Position numbers and translations under genes: made by a program
From: Bacteroidales bacterium
GTDB taxonomy: Bacteria > Bacteroidota > Bacteroidia > Bacteroidales > UBA1402
Length of the DNA: 64,000 bases
Assembly: GCA_035719105.1 (NCBI GenBank)
Contig: DASTGN010000004.1
Location: 741,252 to 805,251 of the forward strand
Direction: 5' to 3'
Notes under the pieces: generated by a model
Database searches by the model: none
What the model was told of the DNA's origin: nothing
What the model saw: the letters and a program-made list of their open reading frames with translations, nothing else
In this document: one piece after another, positions 55,327 to 64,000 of the stretch
Numbering within the stretch: the stretch's first letter is position 1
Layout: every line of letters begins with the position of its first letter

Positions 55327-56964
55327 ATGGCTGTACCTCCGTTTCATTACCAGGATCCATTCCCAGTGGGAAAGGACAAGACTGAATATTATCTGCTTAC
55401 CAACGAACATGTTTCTGTCTCCCAATTCGAAGGCAAGGAAATGCTGAAAGTGGCCCCAGAAGGGTTAACCTTATTGGCCAACACGGCCATGCGCGACGTT
55501 TCCTTCTTGTTACGCCCCGCCCATCAAAAACAAGTGGCCGCCATTCTATCTGATCCTGAAGCCACCGAAAATGACAAATATGTGGCTTTAACCATGCTGC
55601 GCAATGCGGAGGTTTCAGCCAAGGGCATCTTGCCTTTTTGCCAAGATACAGGCACGGCAACCGTTTTTGCCAAGAAGGGCAACCAGGTTTGGACCGATGG
55701 AGATGATGAAGAAGCCTTGTCCTTAGGGATCTATAAGACCTATACGGAAGAGAACTTGCGCTATTCGCAAACCATTCCGCTTGATATGTACAATGAAAAG
55801 AACTCGGGGTGCAATTTGCCTGCACAAATTGATATCATGGCTGGACATGGACCCGAATACAAGTTCCTATTCATTGCCAAGGGTGGTGGTTCGCAAAACA
55901 AGACCTACTTGTTTCAAGAAACCAAAGCTTTGTTGAATCCAGATTCATTGGAGAAATTTCTAATCGAAAAGATGAAATCACTAGGTACGGCAGCTTGTCC
56001 GCCTTATCACATTGCGTTTGTAATAGGAGGTACCTCTGCCGATCAAACCGTTAAAACGGTTAAATTAGCTTCCACCAAATATTACGATGAATTGCCTACG
56101 GTCGGAAACGAATGGGGGCAGGCATTCCGTGACTTAGAGTTGGAAGCCAAGATGTTGAAAGCCGCTCAGGAAATTGGTCTGGGTGCTCAATTCGGTGGCA
56201 AATATTTTGCCTACGACCTGCGCATTGTCCGTTTGCCACGCCACGGTGCATCTTGTCCGGTGGCTATGGCTGTATCTTGCTCGGCCGACCGAAACATCTT
56301 GGCTAAAATCAACAAGGACGGTATTTGGGTGGAAAAATTGGAATCCAATCCAGGTCAATACATCCCTGAGGAACTTAGAAATGCAGGTGAAGGCAATGTC
56401 GTGCACATCGACTTGGACCAACCGATGGCCGATATTTTAAAAGTGCTGACCAAGTACCCTGTAGCTACCCGATTGTCATTGAACGGTACCATCGTGGTGG
56501 GTCGTGACATCGCACATGCCAAGCTGAAAGAACGCGTGGACGCAGGCGAAGGCTTGCCTCAATACATCAAGGACCATCCCATTTACTACGCCGGCCCTGC
56601 CAAGACGCCCGAAGGTTTCGCATGCGGATCGATGGGCCCGACGACAGCCGGCCGAATGGATTCGTACGTGGACCTGTTCCAAAGCTTGGGTGGAAGCATG
56701 ATCATGCTGGCCAAGGGTAACCGTTCCCAGCAAGTGACGGACGCTTGCAAAAAATATGGCGGGTTCTACCTTGGCTCCATTGGTGGTCCAGCCGCGATTT
56801 TGGCACAAAACAACATCAAAAGCATTGAATGCATCGAATATCCTGAATTGGGCATGGAAGCCATCTGGAAAATCAGGGTCGAAAACTTCCCTGCATTCAT
56901 TTTGGTTGATGACAAAGGCAACGATTTTTTTAAGCAGTTGAAGCCCATTTGCAACAGAGGCTAA
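55327..56964 (+). CDS. fumB: class I (Fe-S dependent) fumarate hydratase
   Basis: 545 aa single-chain FumA/B type (CQDTGTA..., GGGSQNK, C-terminal beta domain). Confidence 0.92.
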   Translation: MAVPPFHYQDPFPVGKDKTEYYLLTNEHVSVSQFEGKEMLKVAPEGLTLLANTAMRDVSFLLRPAHQKQVAAILSDPEATENDKYVALTMLRNAEVSAKGILPFCQDTGTATVFAKKGNQVWTDGDDEEALSLGIYKTYTEENLRYSQTIPLDMYNEKNSGCNLPAQIDIMAGHGPEYKFLFIAKGGGSQNKTYLFQETKALLNPDSLEKFLIEKMKSLGTAACPPYHIAFVIGGTSADQTVKTVKLASTKYYDELPTVGNEWGQAFRDLELEAKMLKAAQEIGLGAQFGGKYFAYDLRIVRLPRHGASCPVAMAVSCSADRNILAKINKDGIWVEKLESNPGQYIPEELRNAGEGNVVHIDLDQPMADILKVLTKYPVATRLSLNGTIVVGRDIAHAKLKERVDAGEGLPQYIKDHPIYYAGPAKTPEGFACGSMGPTTAGRMDSYVDLFQSLGGSMIMLAKGNRSQQVTDACKKYGGFYLGSIGGPAAILAQNNIKSIECIEYPELGMEAIWKIRVENFPAFILVDDKGNDFFKQLKPICNRG

Positions 56965-56980
56965 ATGCTCATTTTAAAGT

Positions 56981-57017
56981 AAGCGGGGATTTCAGATTGA
57001 GATTCCCGCTTTCGTTT
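56981..57017. terminator. hairpin terminator between fumB and GH2 gene
   Basis: aagcggggat / gattcccgctt stem followed by a T-rich tail. Confidence 0.65.
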
Positions 57018-59319
57018 ATTTAGCCTCGAGTGTCAAGGTGGAACCTTCAAAGCCCTCTGCTGAAACAATCAATGTGATTTTTCCTGTACCCGTTGCTTGC
57101 ACCAAGGCGACACCTTCGCCCCTGAAGGCGGTTCGTACGTTGGTGGCGTATTTCTCATGGGAGGAAATGTCTCCGTTGTCCACTGCTTTTATAATTCCAG
57201 GACCAGAAAGGGTAAAGGTAAGCTTTGGGTTGACGTTCGGATTGCGTTCACCGTTGGCATCCATCAAGGTTGCTTTAACGTAAACGATGTCGTTCCAATT
57301 GTTCTTAATCGAATTACGGTTGCATGTCAGCGAAACTTTCGTGGCGGCTTCAGCTGTTTTTAGCTGATCACTGGCGACTTCTTGCCCTTTGTTGTAACCG
57401 ACAGCCTTAAGGACGCCCGGGTTGAAACCGACGTTCCAGAAGCGGGGTGAGGCATCGGCGTGAATGGATTGACGGCCTTTGGACTCGTTGTTCAGGAAGA
57501 GTTCCACTTCGTCGCAATTGCTGTAAACGGTGACGTAGGCTTCGTCGTAGGTGCCGAAGTCGGCGGGTGTCCAGTCCATGACAAGGGAGCCCTTGCCCAT
57601 ATTGTCTTCGGCGCGAACCATCTTGACCATGGGTTTGTTGCTCCACCAGCTTTGACGTTGGTAACCGGCGGGGTTCATATCGCCGTTTCTGCCGAGAAGC
57701 CCGGTGTGTCTGGAAATGTCGGGCCAGTTGGCTTCGCCCAAGTAGTCGATGCCGGTCCAAAGAAATTGACCAGACATGAATGGATTGTCTCGCAAAGCCA
57801 GCCAAGTGTTTCTGTCGTGACCATTTTCGGTGCCGACGACTTTGCGTTCAGGTTTATCGTTATGGGCGGCAATCAACTCGTTTTCACGATAGTTTTGACC
57901 CAAAACGTCCAACAAATCGGCGAAACCGTTGGTGTAAACCTGCATTTCGTTGGGGCGGAACAAGGCCATGGTTACAGGTCGGGTAGGATCCAATTGATGA
58001 ATGAGATCGCGTTGATTTAGAAAGCGTTGCCGACCTTCGTCAGAATTCAACCGGTCACGGATCTCGTTGCCAACACTATAAAGGATGATGCTGGGATGGT
58101 TGCGGTCGCGGATGACCATGGCGCGTGTATCGGCTTCCCACCATTCATTGAAATAAAGGTTGTAGCCTTGGGTGCCGCTCGGTTTTGCAGCTGTCCAAGT
58201 ATCGAAGGTTTCGTCCATGACTAAGAAGCCGAGTTGGTCGCAAAGGTCGTAAAAAGCAGGTTCCATTGGGTTGTGGGCGGTACGGATGGCGTTGACGCCG
58301 ATTTCTTTCAGTTTTTCCAGACGAGTTATCCAAACTGAGGAAGGGATAGCTACACCAAGGGGGCCAGCGTCCTGATGAAGACAAACACCATAGAGTTTGA
58401 AGTTTTTGCCGTTCAACCAGAAACCTGTGGCAGCTTCAAATTTGAAATCGCGAATGCCAAAGGTGTTGGTTTGCTCATCAAGCACGGTTTTGCCGGAACG
58501 TATGGTGGTGACGGCTTGGTAAAGATTGGGCGTTTCTATATCCCAAATCATTGGTTTCGTGATATTTACAAGCTGTTTGCATTCGGTTTTTTGGCCGGCA
58601 GGTACACTGAGCGTGGTTTCAGCCGATAGGATTTTTTTTCCGTCTGAACCGGACACGAGGGTTTGAACCGTAATTTTCCCAACCTTTTTGGATTGATTGA
58701 AAACGCTGGCTTGAATCTGGATGGTTGCTTTTTCTTTGGAAACCTGTGGAGTGGTGATGTAAACACCCCATTGTTCCAAATGAATGGGGTTCAGACATTC
58801 TAAGCGAACATGACGGTAAATACCGGCACCGGCGTACCATCGAGAAGCAGGTTGAAGCGTATTGTCAGCACGAACGGCTAGGATGTTGGGCTTGTCGAAG
58901 TTGACTTTGCCTGTAAGTTCGTATGTGAAAGGCACATAGCCATAGGGTCGCTTGCCCAGTAATTGACCGTTTATCCAAACCTGGCTGTTGGACATGACTC
59001 CGTCGAATGTGATGAAAATGCGTTTGTCGCTTTCCGAAGAGGGGAAGGCAAGCGTTTTTCGGTACCAACCGATGCCTGCAGGCAAATAACCGCCACCCCG
59101 GCCGGTCGGATTGGTGGAGCTGTATTCACCTTCGATGCTCCAATCGTGAGGGAGGTTGAGAATCCGCCAGTTTTCATCGTTGAAATCAGGCTTTTCTGCA
59201 CCAACAGCTTCACCTAGGTTGAAGCGCCAATTTGTTTCGATATTCGAATTTTGTTTGGCATGCAATGGAGTGCAAAGCAGAGTTGCCAGCAAGCCAGCCA
59301 GAAAATATTTTGATTTCAT
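57016..59319 (-). CDS. glycoside hydrolase family 2 (beta-galactosidase-like), secreted
   Basis: Signal peptide MKSKYFLAGLLATLLCTPLHA from the ATG at 59319. WRxLNLPHDWS; acid/base block NHPSIILYSVGNE; nucleophile block GTENGH. Confidence 0.88.
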   Translation of the reverse strand: MKSKYFLAGLLATLLCTPLHAKQNSNIETNWRFNLGEAVGAEKPDFNDENWRILNLPHDWSIEGEYSSTNPTGRGGGYLPAGIGWYRKTLAFPSSESDKRIFITFDGVMSNSQVWINGQLLGKRPYGYVPFTYELTGKVNFDKPNILAVRADNTLQPASRWYAGAGIYRHVRLECLNPIHLEQWGVYITTPQVSKEKATIQIQASVFNQSKKVGKITVQTLVSGSDGKKILSAETTLSVPAGQKTECKQLVNITKPMIWDIETPNLYQAVTTIRSGKTVLDEQTNTFGIRDFKFEAATGFWLNGKNFKLYGVCLHQDAGPLGVAIPSSVWITRLEKLKEIGVNAIRTAHNPMEPAFYDLCDQLGFLVMDETFDTWTAAKPSGTQGYNLYFNEWWEADTRAMVIRDRNHPSIILYSVGNEIRDRLNSDEGRQRFLNQRDLIHQLDPTRPVTMALFRPNEMQVYTNGFADLLDVLGQNYRENELIAAHNDKPERKVVGTENGHDRNTWLALRDNPFMSGQFLWTGIDYLGEANWPDISRHTGLLGRNGDMNPAGYQRQSWWSNKPMVKMVRAEDNMGKGSLVMDWTPADFGTYDEAYVTVYSNCDEVELFLNNESKGRQSIHADASPRFWNVGFNPGVLKAVGYNKGQEVASDQLKTAEAATKVSLTCNRNSIKNNWNDIVYVKATLMDANGERNPNVNPKLTFTLSGPGIIKAVDNGDISSHEKYATNVRTAFRGEGVALVQATGTGKITLIVSAEGFEGSTLTLEAK

Positions 59320-59354
59320 GGTCGTTGAAATATTATTTAAGGAATGAGTTTTGA

Positions 59355-59362
59355 CAAATATA
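59355..59362 (-). promoter_or_regulatory. Bacteroidetes -7 promoter box
   Basis: TATATTTG on the minus strand; 35 nt gap to the ATG at 59319. Confidence 0.45.
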
Positions 59363-59371
59363 GAAATAATG

Positions 59372-59379
59372 TACATTTG
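59372..59379 (+). promoter_or_regulatory. Bacteroidetes -7 promoter box
   Basis: TACATTTG; 12 nt gap to the in-frame GTG at 59392. It lies downstream of the track's ATG at 59344. Confidence 0.4.
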
Positions 59380-59391
59380 ACCTTATATATT

Positions 59392-61842
59392 GTGGAACGT
59401 TTAATCAAAAGAACCAAATTGAAAAGCCTTAAATTGTTTGTGGTGACCCTATTCCTGTTTGTCACCTTGTTCGCAGCTGCAAAACCTCAGTTCGGTAACG
59501 CACTTTTATTCAATGATGGTTGGAAATTCAACCTGTCTGATGTTAAGGATGGCGCCAATCCAACTTTCAACGATTCTCGCTGGAATACGGTGCGACTGCC
59601 GCACGATTGGAGTGTAAAAGGCATATTGAGCCCCGATCGGGCTAGTTGCCAGGGTTATTTGCCCGGTGGCATCGGCTGGTACCGAAAAACCTTTATAGCG
59701 CCTTCTGCCGAAAAGGTATTCATTTATTTTGAAGGCGTTTACAATCACAGTGAAGTGTTTTTAAATGGAAAATCGTTGGGCATTCGTCCGAGCGGTTATG
59801 TTTCGTTCCTGTATGATTTGACTCCATATCTCAAGATGAATGAACCCAACGTATTGGCAGTCAGGGTGGACCATTCGGAAGATGCTGATTCGAGGTGGTA
59901 CACTGGCTCGGGAATTTATAGAAATGTATGGTTGGTGACTTCCGGAAAGGTGCATTTGGATCTTTGGGGTGTTTTTTTCAAAGCGACCAATGTGACCGAA
60001 AAAAAGGCCGATGTTTCCGTTGAATCTACCATTTGTAATGAAAGTACGCAAACTTCCGTCCTATCGGTTCTGAACGAAATCGTGGATCCGATAACTGGAA
60101 AAGTGGTGGCTGGTTCAACCAAGAAAGTAATCATTCCTGCCAACTCCAAGCAGGCTGTCGCCCAAAATTTAACAGTGAAGTCACCCAAACGATGGTCGAT
60201 TGAGCAGCCCAATTTGTATAGGGTAAGGACATCGATTAGCGTGAATGGACAAGTTATTGAACGGAATGAACAGGAAATGGGCATTCGATCGTTAACATTT
60301 GATCCAAATAAAGGTTTTGCCTTGAACGACCATTGGATGAAAATCAAGGGGGTCTGCATGCATCACGATGCCGGTGTTTTGGGTTCAGCTGTGCCAAGAG
60401 AAGTTTGGAAACGCCGATTGCTGACGCTTAAAGATATGGGTTGCAACGCTGTACGCATGAGTCACAACCCGCAATCTCCCGATGTGTACGAATTATGTGA
60501 CGAAATCGGACTGTTGGTGATGGACGAAGCGTTTGACGAATGGGAATTTGCCAAAAAGAAATGGATCGCCGGTTGGAACAAGGGAACACCGAAATTTCAA
60601 GGTGCATTCTCGTATTTCAACGAATGGAGCGACAGAGACTTACGCGATATGGTGTTGAGAGACCGGAATCATGCTTCCATCTTTTTGTGGAGCATCGGGA
60701 ACGAAGTGGATTACCCCAACGATCCGTATTCTCATCCAGTATTGAACGGTTCAACCATCAATCAACCGGTTCAGGGAGGTTACCTGCCCAACAATCCCAA
60801 AGCTGAGAGACTGGGTGCCATTGCCAAGCGCTTGGCAGCTGATGTTCGTGCTCTCGACACTTCAAGACCTACTACCGCTGCTTTGGCTGGTGTAATCATG
60901 TCCAATCAAACCGATTACCCTTTTGTGTTGGATGTGACGGGTTACAACTATACGGAAGATCGTTATTCCATGGATCATAAAACCTTTCCAAAGCGGGTTA
61001 TTTTTGGAAGTGAAAACGGGCATAGCATGGACTCGTGGAAGGTGGTTAGGGATAGTAGTTTTATTTTTGGCCAATTTATCTGGACTGGTATCGATTATTT
61101 GGGTGAATCCAATGCGTGGCCTTCCAGGGGTTTCTATTCGGGGTTCCTGGATTTTGGAGGCTTTATGAAACCACGTGGACATTTTCGTCAGGCGCTTTGG
61201 TGCACTAATCCCGTGGCATACATCGGAACGTATCCCATTTCGAAAAACAGTCGACAGAATTTGCTTTCGACCGATGCATGGCCAATTTGGAACTACGACG
61301 AAGGTCAATTGATCCGGGTGGTCTGCTATACAAACGCTTCCAAGGCAAAACTGATGTTGAACGGAAAGGAAGTTGGTGCTATGAAGGATTATGACGATAC
61401 GACCGGAATTATTTTCTGGGATATCCCGTATGTGGCTGGTAAATTAGAAGTGGTTGGTTTTGATAAGGCTGGTAAAATGGAAAGCAAGGATGCGATTCAG
61501 ACCTCAGGCAGATCATCGGCTATCACCGTATCATCTGATGTAAGCATGATCAGCAAGGAGCAAGGTTTAGCTCAGATTGTGGTTCAGGTGGTGGATGACA
61601 AAGGCATTCCAGTGATGCTTTCGGACGATGAACTCACCTGCACGATTGAAGGTCCTGCCGTTCTATTGGGCCTGGAGGCAAGTAACAATTCGGACATGGG
61701 TGATTATTCCGACAATGTTCAACGCGTTTTCCACGGCCGACTGATAGCCTATGTTCAGGCGAATGGGCAGGAGGGAGAAGTGAAGATTCACTTCCGAGCT
61801 CCATGGTTAAAGGAAGGTGTCACTAAGCTGACAGTGAGGTGA
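59392..61842 (+). CDS. glycoside hydrolase family 2, secreted (second, divergent copy)
   Basis: WNTVRLPHDWS; NHASIFLWSIGNE; GSENGH. Start uncertain: GTG 59392 or TTG 59419 both give a K/R-rich n-region plus the hydrophobic LFVVTLFLFVTLFAAA. The track start is 59344. Confidence 0.85.
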   Translation: MERLIKRTKLKSLKLFVVTLFLFVTLFAAAKPQFGNALLFNDGWKFNLSDVKDGANPTFNDSRWNTVRLPHDWSVKGILSPDRASCQGYLPGGIGWYRKTFIAPSAEKVFIYFEGVYNHSEVFLNGKSLGIRPSGYVSFLYDLTPYLKMNEPNVLAVRVDHSEDADSRWYTGSGIYRNVWLVTSGKVHLDLWGVFFKATNVTEKKADVSVESTICNESTQTSVLSVLNEIVDPITGKVVAGSTKKVIIPANSKQAVAQNLTVKSPKRWSIEQPNLYRVRTSISVNGQVIERNEQEMGIRSLTFDPNKGFALNDHWMKIKGVCMHHDAGVLGSAVPREVWKRRLLTLKDMGCNAVRMSHNPQSPDVYELCDEIGLLVMDEAFDEWEFAKKKWIAGWNKGTPKFQGAFSYFNEWSDRDLRDMVLRDRNHASIFLWSIGNEVDYPNDPYSHPVLNGSTINQPVQGGYLPNNPKAERLGAIAKRLAADVRALDTSRPTTAALAGVIMSNQTDYPFVLDVTGYNYTEDRYSMDHKTFPKRVIFGSENGHSMDSWKVVRDSSFIFGQFIWTGIDYLGESNAWPSRGFYSGFLDFGGFMKPRGHFRQALWCTNPVAYIGTYPISKNSRQNLLSTDAWPIWNYDEGQLIRVVCYTNASKAKLMLNGKEVGAMKDYDDTTGIIFWDIPYVAGKLEVVGFDKAGKMESKDAIQTSGRSSAITVSSDVSMISKEQGLAQIVVQVVDDKGIPVMLSDDELTCTIEGPAVLLGLEASNNSDMGDYSDNVQRVFHGRLIAYVQANGQEGEVKIHFRAPWLKEGVTKLTVR

Positions 61843-61853
61843 TTAGTCGACCT

Positions 61854-62876
61854 TCACCAGTTCAGGATGACTTTGCCGCATTGACCACTCTCCATGACGT
61901 CAAAACCTGATTGAAAGTCGTCTACTTCAAATCGGTGGGTAATGACGGGTGTCAAATCGAAGCCGGTGATGAGCATTTGTTCCATTTTATACCAGGTCTC
62001 CCACATTTCACGGCCATAGATGCCTTTGAGGGTCAAAGCCTTAAAGATGATTTCGCTCCAGTCTACCGTGGTGGTATTGGGAAGAATTCCCAAAAGGGCT
62101 ACTTTGGAACCGTTGTACATGTTGTCAATCATGGAGCGGAATGCGACTGGAGCACCAGACATTTCCAACCCAATGTCGAAACCACGCATATGCAGTTCTT
62201 TCATGGCAGCTTCGACTGATTCTCCTTTGGATGGGTTTACCGTAATGGTGGCGCCCATTTTCTTGGCGATATCCAAACGATAGTCACTCAAATCGGTCAC
62301 CACGATGTTTCGGGCACCGGCAAATCGACAAATGCCGGTTGCCATGGTGCCGATGAGGCCTGCTCCGGTAATCAAGACGTCTTCACCGATGAGTGGAAAA
62401 CTCAGGGCCGTATGCGTGGCATTCCCAAATGGATCCATGATGGCAGCGATATCGTCCGAAATTCGTGGATCCAGATGAACCACGTTTTCGGCAGGCAGTG
62501 AAAGGTATTCTGCAAATGCCCCGTCGCGGTTCACACCGACCCCGACTGAATTTTCACAAACATGAAGTTTGCCCCTGCGACAGTTGCGACAGTGTCCGCA
62601 AGCGATGTGTCCCTCACCGGTAACTCGGTCGCCAATCTTGATGTTTCGCACACCATGTCCCTTGTCAACAATTTCGCCAACGTATTCGTGACCAATGGTC
62701 ATGGGGGTTTTGATGGTTTTTTGCGACCACTCGTCCCACTTGTAAATGTGAAGATCGGTGCCGCAAATAGCCGTTTTCTTGATTTTGATCAAAACATCGT
62801 TGATGCCCATATGTGGCATCGGTATATCTTGCATCCATAGCCCTTTTTCGGGCTTTTGTTTGACTATTGCCTTCAT
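61854..62876 (-). CDS. tdh: L-threonine 3-dehydrogenase
   Basis: 340 aa Zn-ADH fold; [11 protein letters not shown], structural-zinc cysteines [15 protein letters not shown]. Confidence 0.93.
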   Translation of the reverse strand: MKAIVKQKPEKGLWMQDIPMPHMGINDVLIKIKKTAICGTDLHIYKWDEWSQKTIKTPMTIGHEYVGEIVDKGHGVRNIKIGDRVTGEGHIACGHCRNCRRGKLHVCENSVGVGVNRDGAFAEYLSLPAENVVHLDPRISDDIAAIMDPFGNATHTALSFPLIGEDVLITGAGLIGTMATGICRFAGARNIVVTDLSDYRLDIAKKMGATITVNPSKGESVEAAMKELHMRGFDIGLEMSGAPVAFRSMIDNMYNGSKVALLGILPNTTTVDWSEIIFKALTLKGIYGREMWETWYKMEQMLITGFDLTPVITHRFEVDDFQSGFDVMESGQCGKVILNW

Positions 62877-64000
62877 TTTCTTAAGATTTTCAGTTCTTTA
62901 CCTACTTTAATGAAAGCTGCAATACATTGGTCCAAATGAACCGTTTCGTGTGCGGCGGATATCTGAACTCTGATTCGAGCTTGATCTTTGGGTACGACCG
63001 GATAATAAAAGCCGGTGACGTAGATTCCTTCGTCGAGAAGTCTGGCGGCCATTTCCTGTGATAGTTTGGCATCGTAAAGCATGACGGCGCAAATGGCCGA
63101 TTCGGTCGGCTTGATGTCGAATCCTGCGGCAATCATCCGTTTCACAAAATACTGGGTGTTTTCATGAAGCTTATCATGCAACTCATTGGTTTCATCCATC
63201 ATTTCGAACATCCGAATGCCGGCCGCAGCAATCATGGGCGGAATAGAATTCGAAAACAGGTAGGGCCGGGAACGCTGCCGCAGCAGGTCGATGATTTCTT
63301 TCTTGCCAGTGGTGAAACCGCCGATGGCTCCTCCAAATGCTTTTCCAAGCGTTCCAGTAATGATTTCGATTTTACCCTTGAGGTGGAACCGTTCGGTAAC
63401 ACCGCGCCCTGTTTCACCAACGACGCCTGCCGAATGGGATTCATCCACCATCACCATGGCGTTGTATTTGACCGCCAATTCGTATATTTTGTCCAGTGGA
63501 GCCACATTACCGTCCATGGAAAAGACGCCGTCGGTCACGATGAGCCTGAAACGGTCGTCCTGAGCTGCCTTCAATTGAAGTTCCAGATCAGCCATGTCCG
63601 CATTGGCGTATCGGTATCGTTTTGCTTTACAGAGTCTAACGCCGTCAATGATGGAGGCATGGTTTAAGGAATCGGAGATAATCGCGTCTTCCTCACCCAA
63701 AAGAGGTTCGAAAACACCTCCGTTGGCATCGAAACAGGCTGCATATAAAATGGTATCTTCAGTTCCGAAGAATTTGGCGATGGAGGCTTCCAGTGTTTTG
63801 TGCAGGTCTTGAGTACCACAGATGAACCGCACGGAAGACATTCCGTAACCACGACTGTCTAGGGCTTCCTTGGCCGCATCTTTCAGTTGGTCTTCATTGG
63901 AAAGTCCCAAATAATTGTTGGCGCAGAAGTTCAGTACTTCCTTTCCGCCCTCTATACGAATGACGGCGCCTTGTGCGGAAACGATGATGCGTTCTTTTTT
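62873..64000 (-). CDS. kbl: 2-amino-3-ketobutyrate CoA ligase (glycine C-acetyltransferase), 5' end outside the window
   Basis: The frame stays open to base 64000 (...[34 protein letters not shown]...). The PLP-lysine region is FSMDG-type. The track 'M' at 63910 is an internal TTG. 4-nt overlap with the tdh start. Confidence 0.92.
   Translation of the reverse strand, partial: KKERIIVSAQGAVIRIEGGKEVLNFCANNYLGLSNEDQLKDAAKEALDSRGYGMSSVRFICGTQDLHKTLEASIAKFFGTEDTILYAACFDANGGVFEPLLGEEDAIISDSLNHASIIDGVRLCKAKRYRYANADMADLELQLKAAQDDRFRLIVTDGVFSMDGNVAPLDKIYELAVKYNAMVMVDESHSAGVVGETGRGVTERFHLKGKIEIITGTLGKAFGGAIGGFTTGKKEIIDLLRQRSRPYLFSNSIPPMIAAAGIRMFEMMDETNELHDKLHENTQYFVKRMIAAGFDIKPTESAICAVMLYDAKLSQEMAARLLDEGIYVTGFYYPVVPKDQARIRVQISAAHETVHLDQCIAAFIKVGKELKILRK

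Noticed and set aside
1-64000. Defence islands, prophage, integrative elements and toxin-antitoxin pairs.
   Set aside because: I saw no integrase, transposase, restriction-modification, Cas, abortive-infection or phage structural motifs in any listed ORF. The only hint of mobile ancestry is the degenerate fragment at 1019-1231.

Overview
This window reads as a chromosomal segment of a Bacteroidota genome (Bacteroidales/Marinilabiliales-like). The evidence is a SusC/SusD pair, an 11-subunit nuo operon with fused nuoCD and no nuoEFG, L31 type B, many lipoproteins, and the Bacteroidetes -7 promoter box TAnnTTTG upstream of almost every transcription unit. I call about 61 protein-coding genes, and most are housekeeping: fadD-like, prfB, csp, asd, lolD, a DEAD-box helicase, rpmE, fba, nuoA-N, murF, folP, cdaA, pta-ackA, lpxH, radC, efp, rpmH, rluD, ddl, dacB, rsmI, hflX, yaaA, class I fumarase and kbl-tdh. 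I found no rRNA, tRNA, CRISPR array, intact mobile element, or recognisable defence or toxin-antitoxin genes. Three parts look accessory. (i) The left 1.8 kb holds two small secreted-protein genes and a 1.1 kb very AT-rich ORF-free gap with a 21-bp tandem repeat and a possible decayed ORF6N-like gene. (ii) 41.3-50.2 kb holds an enzyme-less SusC/SusD/surface-lipoprotein locus behind a 530-bp AT-rich leader, followed by an orphan lipoprotein and an ECF sigma module. (iii) 57-61.8 kb holds a divergent GH2 pair. Many ORF-track N-termini are over-extended; I corrected them using promoter position, signal peptides and family-typical N-termini. rpmH (52 aa) is absent from the track. I could not identify a convincing novel multi-gene system. 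The findings below are ranked candidates for follow-up, none above moderate interest, and all family assignments come from reading motifs by eye, without database searches.
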